A stretch of DNA of 64,000 bases from an uncultured delta proteobacterium (lineage in GTDB: Bacteria; Myxococcota_A; Polyangia; Fen-1088). Shown in pieces: positions 37,218-46,579 of this stretch. The DNA lies in assembly GCA_963767925.1 (NCBI GenBank), contig CAVYGB010000006.1, forward strand, positions 160,001 through 224,000. Reading direction: 5' to 3'. Positions within the stretch are counted from its first letter, which is position 1, and every line of letters begins with the position of its first letter. The translations under genes were made by a program, and so were the position numbers. The notes beneath the pieces are model-generated. The model was not told the DNA's origin and ran no database searches. It worked only from the letters and a program-made list of their open reading frames with translations.

Positions 37218-39602
37218 ATGGTTGGTACTTGGTCTAGCTTGCGTCGGGGAACCTCGAGCATCGTCGCTCGCCACGGCCGTTCTGCCGGAGGTGCGCTGCG
37301 ACGGGCGCGCGCGCTGGCCGGACTGGGTCTGCTGATCGCGCTGGCGCCCGGGCTGGGCTGCAACGAGCGCCGCCAGTTCATCGCCCCCGTCCTCCCCGAC
37401 GCCGACCTCGGCGGCGGCGTGAGCGGGACGCCCGACGCGGGCGAGCCGCCCACGTTCAACCTCCCCGACGGCGGCAGCGGCCCCGACAGCGGCGCCTGCG
37501 TCCCCAACGTCGCGAGCTGCACCGCCGGCGCGTTCCAGTATTGCGGGCGCATCGGCGACGGCTGCGGCCACATCCTGGAGTGCGGGGCCTGTCCCGCCGG
37601 TCAGGTGTGCGGCGGCGGGGGCACGCCCGGACTCTGTGGCGGTGGCGCCGACTGCAAGGCCGCCTCCTGCGACTCGCCTGGCGGGCGCTTCTGCGGCAAG
37701 GTCGGCGACGGCTGCGGCCGCCCGCTCGACTGCGGCGACTGTCCCGGCGGCGCCGTGTGCGGCGGCGGCGGCATCCCCAACCTCTGCGCCGGCGCGGCCG
37801 GCTGTGTCGCGAAGACCTGCGACTCGCCGGGTGGCCGCTTCTGCGGCAACATCGGCGACGGCTGCGGCAAGGTGCTCGACTGCGGCGCCTGCCCCGGCGG
37901 CGGTGTCTGCGGCGGCGCCGGCACCCCCAACCTCTGCGCCGGCGGCCCCGGCTGCACGGCGCTGACCTGCGAGACGGCCGGGGGCCGCTTCTGCGGCAAC
38001 ATCGGCGACGGCTGCGGCAAGATGCTCGATTGCGGCGCCTGCCCCGGCGGCGGCGTCTGCGGCGGCGCCGGCACCCCCAACCTGTGCGCCGGCGCGGCCG
38101 GCTGCACCGCCCTCTCCTGCCAGACGCCGACCGGCAAGTACTGCGGCCAGCTCGGCGACGGCTGCGGCAAGATGATCGACTGCGGCGGCTGCGGCGGCAT
38201 CGACACCTGCGGCGGCTCGGGCATCGCCAGCGTCTGCGGCAACCCGGCCGGCCGCTGCACCAACCTCTGCCTGCGCCAGGCCTTCACCTGCCCGGCCGCC
38301 AGCCCCACCGTCGTGACCGGCACGGTGCTGGCGCCCACCCCGCCCCGCTTCGGGACGCCCGATCCCATCTACAACGCCATCGTCTACGTCCCCAACGCCG
38401 CGGTCGAGCCCTTCCGGCCCGGCATCGCCTGCGACGCCTGCGGCGGGGCCCAGGCCAGCGGGGCCCCGCTGGTCCACGCCCTGACCGGGCCCGACGGCAA
38501 GTTTCGCCTGGAGAACGTCCCCACCGGAGACAACGTGCCGCTCGTGATCCAGCTCGGCCGCTGGCGGCGGCAGGTGGTCATCCCCCGGGTGACGGCGTGC
38601 CAGCCCCTGCAGCTCCCCGCCGAGCTGACCCGGCTGCCCCGCAACAAGGCGGAGGGCGACATCCCCCAGATGGCGCTGTCGACCGGGCGGGTCGACCTGC
38701 TCGAGTGCGTGCTGCGCAAGATGGGCATCGACGAGTCCGAGTTCACCGCCCCCACTGGCAACGGGCGGGTGCACCTGTACCAGAACGCCGACCTGCCGGG
38801 CCACCGCGCGCCCGACGGCAGCGCCACCCCCGAGACCACCTTCACCGGCAGCGTGGCCAACCTGTCTCGCTACGACATGGCGATCTTCGCCTGCGGCGGC
38901 CGGGAGCCGAGCAGCGCCGACCCCCAGCAGGGCAACCTCGTCGAATACACCAACCGGGGCGGCCGGGTCTTCCTCACCCACTACAACTACCGCTTCACCT
39001 TCCAGAACCCGGCCTGGGAGGGCACCGCCGACTGGTCTCCCGCCCCCGCCCCCACCGTCGACAACGAGCCGCTCACCGGCATCCTCGATCAGAGCTTCCC
39101 CAAGGGCGTCGCCTTCGCCCGCTGGCTCGAGCTCGTGGGGGCCCAGAGCGGCCCCGGGGAGATGGAGATCGAGACCCCCCGCCACAGCCTCGACGCGGTG
39201 GTGCCGCCCACCCTGCGCTGGATCCACACCGAGGACCCCGAGACCGTCCAGCACCTGACCTTCAACACGCCGCTGGGGGTGCCCGAGGCCAGCCAGTGCG
39301 GGCGCGTGCTGTTCAGCGACTTCCACGTCACCAACGCCGAGCTGCCCTCTAGCGGCACCCTGCCGGTGTTCCCGAGCGCCTGTTCGGACACGCCCCTCAC
39401 CCCCCAGGAGAAGGTCCTGGAGTTCATGCTCTTCGACCTCGCCTCCTGCATCCAGCCGGTCGTGCCACCGCCGCCGCCGCCCGCGCCGCCGGCGCGCCCG
39501 CCCGCAGCGCCACCCCGCCCGCCCGCGGCGCCGCCGGTTCGCCCGCCGCTGCCGCCGGTCCAGCCCCCCGTCGCCCCGCCCCCGCCGCCGATCATCCCCT
39601 GA
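37218..39602 (+). CDS. Myxobacterial-type Cys-repeat lipoprotein with carboxypeptidase-regulatory-like domain and poly-Pro tail (start uncertain)
   Basis: GLGC lipobox; five 50-aa CG.IGDGCG..LDCG.C repeats; GRWRRQV, LECVLRKMG, CGRVLFSDFHV, QEKVLEFMLFDLASC. Confidence 0.8.
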   Translation: MVGTWSSLRRGTSSIVARHGRSAGGALRRARALAGLGLLIALAPGLGCNERRQFIAPVLPDADLGGGVSGTPDAGEPPTFNLPDGGSGPDSGACVPNVASCTAGAFQYCGRIGDGCGHILECGACPAGQVCGGGGTPGLCGGGADCKAASCDSPGGRFCGKVGDGCGRPLDCGDCPGGAVCGGGGIPNLCAGAAGCVAKTCDSPGGRFCGNIGDGCGKVLDCGACPGGGVCGGAGTPNLCAGGPGCTALTCETAGGRFCGNIGDGCGKMLDCGACPGGGVCGGAGTPNLCAGAAGCTALSCQTPTGKYCGQLGDGCGKMIDCGGCGGIDTCGGSGIASVCGNPAGRCTNLCLRQAFTCPAASPTVVTGTVLAPTPPRFGTPDPIYNAIVYVPNAAVEPFRPGIACDACGGAQASGAPLVHALTGPDGKFRLENVPTGDNVPLVIQLGRWRRQVVIPRVTACQPLQLPAELTRLPRNKAEGDIPQMALSTGRVDLLECVLRKMGIDESEFTAPTGNGRVHLYQNADLPGHRAPDGSATPETTFTGSVANLSRYDMAIFACGGREPSSADPQQGNLVEYTNRGGRVFLTHYNYRFTFQNPAWEGTADWSPAPAPTVDNEPLTGILDQSFPKGVAFARWLELVGAQSGPGEMEIETPRHSLDAVVPPTLRWIHTEDPETVQHLTFNTPLGVPEASQCGRVLFSDFHVTNAELPSSGTLPVFPSACSDTPLTPQEKVLEFMLFDLASCIQPVVPPPPPPAPPARPPAAPPRPPAAPPVRPPLPPVQPPVAPPPPPIIP
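37542..38240 (+). repeat. Intragenic tandem repeat, 150-bp unit, about 5 copies
   Basis: Equivalent Cys codons at 37542, 37692, 37842, 37992 and 38142. Confidence 0.85.
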
Positions 39603-39734
39603 TAGCGCCGACGACCGGATCGCTCTGTCACGGCGAGTTTACTCGGGACTCTGGGCGGGTCCCGAGCCCGCCGAAAGCGAAATTCAGGCCCCCCTTGCCG
39701 GCCCGGGTGTGCCCGGGCGGTCCATAATCGCGGC

Positions 39735-41129
39735 ATGCGTCCGTCGGCCGCGAGCGCGAGCGCCGATCCCGACCTCCGCGCCGGCGCGCGCGTCGCTCCC
39801 GGCCCGCGCGGCGCCCCCCTGCTCGGCGTCCTGACCGGCTTCCGCGCCGATCCGCTGACCTTCGTGCTGCGGATGGCCCGGGAATACGGGCCCGTGGCCC
39901 GGCTGAAGCTGGGGCCGGTGGAGGCCTACCTCGTCAGCCAGCCGAGCGGGGTCAAGCGGGTGCTGCAGGAGAACAGCGACAACTACGGGCGCCAGACCCG
40001 CGGCTTCCAGGGGCTCCGCCTCACCCTCGGCGACGGGCTGGTGACCAGCGACGGGGCCTTCTGGCGTCGGCAGCGGCGCATCGTGCAGCCCGCCTTTCAC
40101 AAGCAGCGGCTCGCCGCTCTCGGCGCCATCATGACCGGCGCCGCCCTGGAGATCGGCGGCCGGCTGCGGGCCGCGGGTGAGCGGGGCGAGACAATCGACC
40201 TGGTCGGCGAGATCTCGCGCGCCACCCTCGCCATCCTCGGGCGGGCGCTGTTCAGCCTCGACCTCGACGGCGCCGCCGAGGCCGTGGGCCGGGCGGTGGT
40301 GGTGGTCCTGCGCCACACCATCCGCCGGGTGCAGGCCTTCCTGCCGGTGCCCACCGCCATCCCCACCGGGGAGAACCGCCGCTTCGCCGCCGCCCGCAAG
40401 GTGCTCGACCGGGTGGTGCTGCAGACCATCGCCGAGCGCCGGCGCGACGGCGTCGACCGGGGCGACCTGCTGTCGATGTTGCTCGCCACCCGCGACGAGG
40501 AGACCGGCGAGGGCATGACCGACCAGCAGCTCCGCGACGAGGTGATGACGCTGATGCTTGCCGGCCACGAGACAACCGCGATGACCCTGTGCTGGACCTG
40601 TTACCTGCTCTCGCGCCACCCCGACGTGCGCCGCAAGGTGCAGGCGGAGGTGGATCGCGTGCTGGGCGGGCGCCCCGCCACCGCCGACGATCTCCCCGGG
40701 CTGATCTTCACCCGCATGGCGATCGAGGAGTGCATGCGCCTCTATCCCCCGGCCTGGGCGGTGACCCGCTCGGTGGTGGCCGACGACGAGGTCGACGGCT
40801 TTGTCATCCCGGCGGGCAGCATGGCGATGGTGAGCGCCTACGTCACCCAGCGCGATCCCACCCTCTGGGAGAACCCGGAGGGCTTCGACCCCGAGCGCTT
40901 CGATCCCGCCCGCGCCGCCAGCCGCCCCCGCTACGCCTATTTCCCCTTCGGCGGCGGCCCCCACCTCTGCATCGGCGCCGGGTTCGCCATGATGGAGGCC
41001 CAGATCCTGCTGGCCACCTTGACCCAGCAGCTCCAGCTCGACCTGGCCCCCGGCCACCCGGTCGAGATCGAGCCCCTCATCACCCTCCGCCCACGCCACG
41101 GCCTGTTCATGACCGTCCGCCCCCGCTGA
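39735..41129 (+). CDS. Cytochrome P450
   Basis: AGHETT, EECMRLYPP, FDPERF, FPFGGGPHLCIG. Confidence 0.96.
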   Translation: MRPSAASASADPDLRAGARVAPGPRGAPLLGVLTGFRADPLTFVLRMAREYGPVARLKLGPVEAYLVSQPSGVKRVLQENSDNYGRQTRGFQGLRLTLGDGLVTSDGAFWRRQRRIVQPAFHKQRLAALGAIMTGAALEIGGRLRAAGERGETIDLVGEISRATLAILGRALFSLDLDGAAEAVGRAVVVVLRHTIRRVQAFLPVPTAIPTGENRRFAAARKVLDRVVLQTIAERRRDGVDRGDLLSMLLATRDEETGEGMTDQQLRDEVMTLMLAGHETTAMTLCWTCYLLSRHPDVRRKVQAEVDRVLGGRPATADDLPGLIFTRMAIEECMRLYPPAWAVTRSVVADDEVDGFVIPAGSMAMVSAYVTQRDPTLWENPEGFDPERFDPARAASRPRYAYFPFGGGPHLCIGAGFAMMEAQILLATLTQQLQLDLAPGHPVEIEPLITLRPRHGLFMTVRPR

Positions 41130-41165
41130 TCGGCTGCTGCTGGTGGTGCTGCTGCTGCTGCTGCT

Positions 41166-42893
41166 CTACGGCGTCCGGGTGCGAAAGTGTTCGGAGCGGG
41201 CCATGCGGACGAAGAAGTCGACCAGGCTCATGCCGCCGCGGAGCTCGGCGGCGGCGTTGTTGACCAGGCAGGCGGCGCTGCGCTGGGGGACGCCGAAGGT
41301 GAAGCTCGCCAGGTAGGTGGCCATGCACTCGGAGGTCTCGGGCAGGCGGGCGAGCTGCTGGGCCAGCTCGGTGGGGCCGGAGAAGCGGAGGTCTCCGGCG
41401 CTGGTGCCGAGGATGACGCCGCTGTCGTCGATGTCGAAGTTCCCCTCCCGGGCCCGGTAGCGGCCGGTGGCGTCGAGGTGCTCGAAGGCGAAGCCGAGGG
41501 GGTCCATCTGCTCGTGGCAGCTCTTGCAGGTGGGGTCGGCGACGTGCAGGACCTCGTAGCGCTGGCGGGTGGTCTCGGCCTCGGTGGGCTCGGGCAGCGG
41601 GTCGACGACCGCGGGCGGCGGCGGCACGTACCCGCACAGCAGGCGGGTGCGGACCAGGTAGCCCCGCTTGGTCGGCGAGGTGGTCAGGCTGTGGGCCTCG
41701 ATGGCAAGCAGCGAGCCCTGGGCCAGCAGGCCGACGCCCCAGCCGGCGGGACGATCGACCCGGGCGAAGTCGGTCCCCGCCACCGGCGCGAAGCGGTAGT
41801 AGGTGGCGAGCCGGTTGTCGATGAAGGTGTACGGCGCCGTGAGCAGATCGGCCGGCGTGCCGCGGTTGTCGAGCACCACCCCGGTGATGAACCGGCGGGT
41901 CTCCTCGCTGAGGGCCTCCTGGACCGCCTCCTGGAAGTCGGGGAAGACGGCGTCGTCCTTCCGGAGATTCTGCAGGGTCGAAAGGCCCAGCCACTGGTCG
42001 GCGAAGCGGAGCACAACCTGGCGGAAGGCGGGCCGGACGCTGCGGTTCTCGTCGAACACGAGGGCCCGGGCGGCGGCCTCGATCTGGTCGGGGGTCGACA
42101 GGCGGTTGCTGGCCGCGAGCTGCATCAGCTCGAGGCTGGGGGGGCCGCCGCTGAAGGTGTACGACAGCGCGCTCGCGATCTCGTACTGGCTCAGGCGGTA
42201 GCGGCCAGCCCCGTCAGGCTCACCGAGCTCGCTGCGGTAGATGACGTTGGGCGACTGGAGCAGGGTCGAGGTGGCCCAGTAGACGAACGTCTTGAAGTCG
42301 GCCTGGCGGGCCACTTTCTCGTACAGCGCCAGGTAGCGCGAGCGCTCGGCCGGCGTGAGGGGCCGGCGGTAGAGCCGGGCGCCAAAAGTTGTCACGAAGG
42401 TCTCCGCGCAGGGCGGTCCCCCCGCGGTGGCGCAGGGCAAGAGGCGGGTCAGCAGCGGCTCGCTCGAGACCAGGGCGGCGACCTTGCGCGCCCCCTCGGA
42501 CGAGCCCCGGGCGTATTCGGTGCCGACGGTGAGGCGGTCGACGTTGTTGGTGAACCCCTCCAGGGAGGCCGGATCGGGCGGCAGCCCGAACCCCGGAAAC
42601 TGGGTGGTGTCGAGCCCGAACACGACCCGCACCGTGGTCTCGATCTCCTCGGCGGTCAGCCGGCGCAGCACCCGCCGCCCCGGCTTCTCCTGCCCATCCG
42701 CGCACATCACCTCCGGCGGCGGCACCGCCGGCGGTTGCACTCCCGGCGGGTTCACGCCGCCGCCGTTCCCGTTCCCGCCACCGTTCCCGCCCGGCACGGG
42801 AACCGCCGGCCCCGCCCCACCCACCACCTGCCCGTTGCAGCCCAGCAGCCCGACGGCCGCCCCGATCAGGAAAAACCCCGCGCGCTTGCTCAT
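41166..42893 (-). CDS. DUF1592/DUF1588/DUF1595-domain lipoprotein
   Basis: LLGC lipobox, LRRLT, RLYRRP, LQSP..IYRSE, TSPTKRG, CKSCHEQMDPLGFAFE. Confidence 0.85.
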   Translation of the reverse strand: MSKRAGFFLIGAAVGLLGCNGQVVGGAGPAVPVPGGNGGGNGNGGGVNPPGVQPPAVPPPEVMCADGQEKPGRRVLRRLTAEEIETTVRVVFGLDTTQFPGFGLPPDPASLEGFTNNVDRLTVGTEYARGSSEGARKVAALVSSEPLLTRLLPCATAGGPPCAETFVTTFGARLYRRPLTPAERSRYLALYEKVARQADFKTFVYWATSTLLQSPNVIYRSELGEPDGAGRYRLSQYEIASALSYTFSGGPPSLELMQLAASNRLSTPDQIEAAARALVFDENRSVRPAFRQVVLRFADQWLGLSTLQNLRKDDAVFPDFQEAVQEALSEETRRFITGVVLDNRGTPADLLTAPYTFIDNRLATYYRFAPVAGTDFARVDRPAGWGVGLLAQGSLLAIEAHSLTTSPTKRGYLVRTRLLCGYVPPPPAVVDPLPEPTEAETTRQRYEVLHVADPTCKSCHEQMDPLGFAFEHLDATGRYRAREGNFDIDDSGVILGTSAGDLRFSGPTELAQQLARLPETSECMATYLASFTFGVPQRSAACLVNNAAAELRGGMSLVDFFVRMARSEHFRTRTP

Positions 42894-44215
42894 GCCCGCA
42901 GCTCCGCCAGGATGGTCGACCCGAACTGCGTCGCGGCCGGGGCCCCGAAGATCTGCAGGATGGTCGCCAGCACGGTCTTGTTGTTGATGCCGGTCTTGGT
43001 GATGAAGGTCCCCGCCCGCAGCAGCCCGCCCGCATTGCCCACCACGAAGGTCGGCACGCTCTCGCTGCCGTGGGAGACCGGCAGGCACTCCGCCATCACG
43101 ACGATCGCCGTGTTGTAAAGGACGGTCTTGCCCCCCGGGTCGAGGGGGTCGGGCACGTCGAGCGCCGCCAGCAGCCGTTCGAGCTTGGTCATGTACCAGC
43201 GCTGGCACTGAGAGAAGATGGTCTGGTTGCCGTGCGAGGTGTTGTGGTGGGGATAACCCCGGTCGACCGGGACGATGGCGTTGCCGTCGGCGCTGCCGGC
43301 CTGCAAGGTGGCCACCCGGGTGAGGCCCGAGACGAGCGACCGGGCCAGGATGTCCACCTGGGCGTCGAAGATGTCGGAGAAGAGCGCGTGTTTGTAGGCG
43401 TCCTTGGCGTTGCCCTGCAGGGCCGGGCGCAGCTTCTCGACCGAGGCGAGCTGCCCGCCGGCAGCGGGCGGACCGCCCGGGGTGGCGATGGGGGGCGTGG
43501 TGGAGGGGCGCAGCGAGCGCAGGGCGTCCTTGTGCTGGTCGAGCTTGCCCCGCTCGAGCGCCGAGTCCCTGAGCCGGCCGGACAGCTCCCCGATCTCCGC
43601 CTCGATGAGGTCGAGCGAGTCGCTGGTGAAGTCCACGCCGGAGGCCCCCGGCGCGGGCGCAGCGCCGCCGCTGGCGAACACCCGGTCGAAGGCGGTGACC
43701 GGGTTGGCCTCGTAGTCCACCGCCTTGGGCGAGAAGAAGAAGGTCGAGCGCCCGTAGCGCTGGTAGTAGTTGATCGAGTCGGCCGGGATGACCCCCAGGT
43801 GCAACGACTTCATCATCGAGGGCGCGCTCGCCGCGAGGTGATCGGCGATCACCTGGTCGGCTGACTTCACGTTGGGATCGGCCGTGTCGTAGCTGGCGAC
43901 CGGGAAGCCCGAGAACATGCTCCGCACGGCGAAGTGGTTCTGGGACCCGGCGATGTCGACCCCCCGGATGAAGGTGATCTGCTTCGAGTAGCTCTTGAGC
44001 GGCTCGGTGATGGTGCTCATCGCCGCCAGGTTGCCGGGGTTGGGCCAGAAATATTGCGACTCGGCCCCGTTCATCATCGGCCAGAGCACCAGCCGCAGGG
44101 GCGGACCGCCGGCCTGCGCGAAGGCCCTCCCGCCCAGCAGGGCCGATGCGGCCGCAGCCCCGCCGGAGGCCTTCAGCCACTGGCGTCGCGAGAGGCGGTG
44201 CGGTCGCTGCTTCAT
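42890..44215 (-). CDS. DUF1552-family Tat-exported protein
   Basis: LSRRQWLK Tat signal, SADQVIA, NPVTAFDRVF, HNTSH; adjacent to its usual DUF1592 partner. Confidence 0.85.
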   Translation of the reverse strand: MKQRPHRLSRRQWLKASGGAAAASALLGGRAFAQAGGPPLRLVLWPMMNGAESQYFWPNPGNLAAMSTITEPLKSYSKQITFIRGVDIAGSQNHFAVRSMFSGFPVASYDTADPNVKSADQVIADHLAASAPSMMKSLHLGVIPADSINYYQRYGRSTFFFSPKAVDYEANPVTAFDRVFASGGAAPAPGASGVDFTSDSLDLIEAEIGELSGRLRDSALERGKLDQHKDALRSLRPSTTPPIATPGGPPAAGGQLASVEKLRPALQGNAKDAYKHALFSDIFDAQVDILARSLVSGLTRVATLQAGSADGNAIVPVDRGYPHHNTSHGNQTIFSQCQRWYMTKLERLLAALDVPDPLDPGGKTVLYNTAIVVMAECLPVSHGSESVPTFVVGNAGGLLRAGTFITKTGINNKTVLATILQIFGAPAATQFGSTILAELRA

Positions 44216-44636
44216 CGTGTCCCTCCGGAGGTGGCCGCTCGCGGCCGCTCGTCAAATGCTGTGGCGCCAGATGGCCTAGCGCAACGCGCCGAGACCAGGC
44301 TTCCCCCCAGCGCGCCCTGCTTGCCAATGGTGAGTGTGGGTGCTGGGCGCGCCCACGCCAATTCTGTTCAATATAGTACGGCACCCCTGGGTCGCGCGGT
44401 GCCCGACACCGGCTACCAGCGGCGGCGATCGGCTTTCCGGCACGGGAGGAAGGCTATAGACTATCGGCTCCGGCCGGCACCGTACAAAGGTCCCCGCTCG
44501 AGGGCATTCGTTTCCGAGTGCCGGACGAGCCCCCATGATTGGAGAGTGACGTGGGCAGCCGGCGCCCTACCAGCGGCTGCCACATGGTATCCGTACGACG
44601 CGGCCGAGCGTGCGTACGGGCACCGAAGGGGGTTGG

Positions 44637-46574
44637 ATGCAAAGCGGCGGGAACAACGCCAGGCGGCTCTTGATCGTCGAGGACGACGAGGACTTCGCCG
44701 ACAGCCTGGCGAGCATCCTGCTGCCCCGTGGGATGGAGGTGGTGGTGGTCCGCGACCCCTCCGAGCTGCCCGGGGTGCTCGACCGGTTCGGCGCCGAGGT
44801 GGCCCTTGTCGACGTGCGCCTGGGCCGCTTCTCCGGCCTCGAGGTGGTGGCCCAGCTCAAGAGCCGCAAGCCGGCCATCCTCACGGTGGTGATGACCGCC
44901 TACGTGGCGGCCGAGACCGCCATCGAGGCGCTCCGCCTGGGGGCCTACGACTACCTCACCAAGCCGTTCGATCCCAGCGAGCTGTGGGCCACCCTCGAGC
45001 GCTGCTTCGATCGGATCGATCTCGAGCGGGCCCGGGCCCGGGCAGAGGCTGACCGCCGCAAGAGCCAGGCCCGCCTGCGCGCGCTGGTCGACAACTCGCT
45101 CGACCTCATCGCGGTTGTCGAGCCCGACACCCAGACCCTGCGCTTCGTCGCCCCCTCGGTGACGACCTTGCTGGGCTATCCGCTCGAGGGGAGCATCCGG
45201 CGCGACTTCTTCGAGCTCGTGCACCCCGAGGACCGGGAGGACGCCGCCCAGGTCGTGCAGTCCTGCGCCGGGAACGAGGGGTCCACCCAGATGGTGGAGC
45301 TGCGCTTTTTACACGGCAACGGCTCCTGGCGCTGGTTCGAGGTGGCGGCCCGCGGCCTGCTGGGCGAGCCGGCCATCGGCGGCGTGCTGCTCTGCGCCCG
45401 CGACGTGACCGAGCGGCGGGCCATGGAGGAGAAGCTCCGGCAGGTGCAGCGGATGGAGGCGGTGGGGCAGCTCACCGGCGGGGTGGCCCACGACTTCAAC
45501 AACCTGCTGGCGGTCATCATCGGCAACCTCGATCTGCTCAAGCGCGACCTGCGTGACGAGCCCAGCCGCCTGCAGCTCATCGAGGGCGGCATGCACGCGG
45601 CCGAGCGGGGGGCCACCTTGATCCGCCGGCTGCTGGCCTTCGCCCGCCGCCAGACGCTCACCCCCCGGCCGCTCGACCTCAACGACCTCATCCGCAACGC
45701 CATCGAGCTGCTGCGCCGGGCGGCCGGGCCCAACGTGCAGATCGACGCCGACCTGGCGCCCGACCTGGCGGCCTGCATCGCCGACACCGCCCAGCTCGAG
45801 ACGGCGCTGCTCAACCTCGTCATCAACGCCCGCGACGCCATGGCCGACGGCGGGCGGGTCCAGATCGCCACCCGCAACGTCCGGCTGGTGGGCGAGAGCG
45901 AGGTCCCCGAGGGCGAGGGGGCGCCCTACGTGCGCGTCTCGGTGACCGACAACGGCTCGGGGATCAGCGAGGAGATCAAGGGGCGGGTGTTCGAGCCGTT
46001 CTTCTCGACCAAGGCGCCCGGCCGCGGCACCGGGCTGGGGCTCAGCATGGTGTTCGGCTTCGTCGAGCAGTCGAACGGCAAGGTCCGGCTGCAGACCGAG
46101 GTGGGGGTGGGCAGCACCTTCTCCCTGTATTTCCCCCGCTCCGATCAGCAGGCCGCCGCGCAGCCCCGCCCCCGCACCAGCGAGGGGGCGCCCCGCTCGC
46201 GCGACGAGAGCATCTTGCTCGTGGAGGACGACGGAGAGGTCCGCCAGATGTTGCAGCGGCTGCTCGGCGAGCTGGGCTACCGGGTGGCGGTGGCGAGCAG
46301 CGGCCCCGAGGCGCTGGCCCTGCTCGAGGGGGGTCTGCGCCCCGATCTGCTGCTCACCGACGTCGTGCTTCCCGACGGCCCGAACGGCTACGAGCTGGCG
46401 GCCCAGGCCCGCGCGCGCCAGCCCCGGCTGAAGCTGATGTTCACCTCGGGCTACGCCCAGGGGGTGTCGGGCCGCCGGCCGGCCACCGTGGCCGGCGCCT
46501 TCATGTTGCACAAGCCCTTCCACCGCACCGAGCTCGCCCACCTGGTCCGGCGGGCGCTCGACGCGGGAATCTAG
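44637..46574 (+). CDS. Hybrid histidine kinase, REC-PAS-HisKA-HATPase-REC
   Basis: LLIVEDD, GGVAHDFNNLL, NLVINARDAM, DNGSG, GTGLGL, LLLTDVVLP. Confidence 0.93.
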   Translation: MQSGGNNARRLLIVEDDEDFADSLASILLPRGMEVVVVRDPSELPGVLDRFGAEVALVDVRLGRFSGLEVVAQLKSRKPAILTVVMTAYVAAETAIEALRLGAYDYLTKPFDPSELWATLERCFDRIDLERARARAEADRRKSQARLRALVDNSLDLIAVVEPDTQTLRFVAPSVTTLLGYPLEGSIRRDFFELVHPEDREDAAQVVQSCAGNEGSTQMVELRFLHGNGSWRWFEVAARGLLGEPAIGGVLLCARDVTERRAMEEKLRQVQRMEAVGQLTGGVAHDFNNLLAVIIGNLDLLKRDLRDEPSRLQLIEGGMHAAERGATLIRRLLAFARRQTLTPRPLDLNDLIRNAIELLRRAAGPNVQIDADLAPDLAACIADTAQLETALLNLVINARDAMADGGRVQIATRNVRLVGESEVPEGEGAPYVRVSVTDNGSGISEEIKGRVFEPFFSTKAPGRGTGLGLSMVFGFVEQSNGKVRLQTEVGVGSTFSLYFPRSDQQAAAQPRPRTSEGAPRSRDESILLVEDDGEVRQMLQRLLGELGYRVAVASSGPEALALLEGGLRPDLLLTDVVLPDGPNGYELAAQARARQPRLKLMFTSGYAQGVSGRRPATVAGAFMLHKPFHRTELAHLVRRALDAGI

Positions 46575-46579
46575 ATCAG

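Noticed and set aside
37542..38240. Regularly spaced repeats as a CRISPR array
   Set aside because: They are in-frame 150-bp coding repeats with similar intervening sequence, and no cas genes are present
41166..44384. 1072-aa ORF as a single gene
   Set aside because: Its first half is an off-frame reading of DUF1552; the real gene starts at 42893 with a lipoprotein signal
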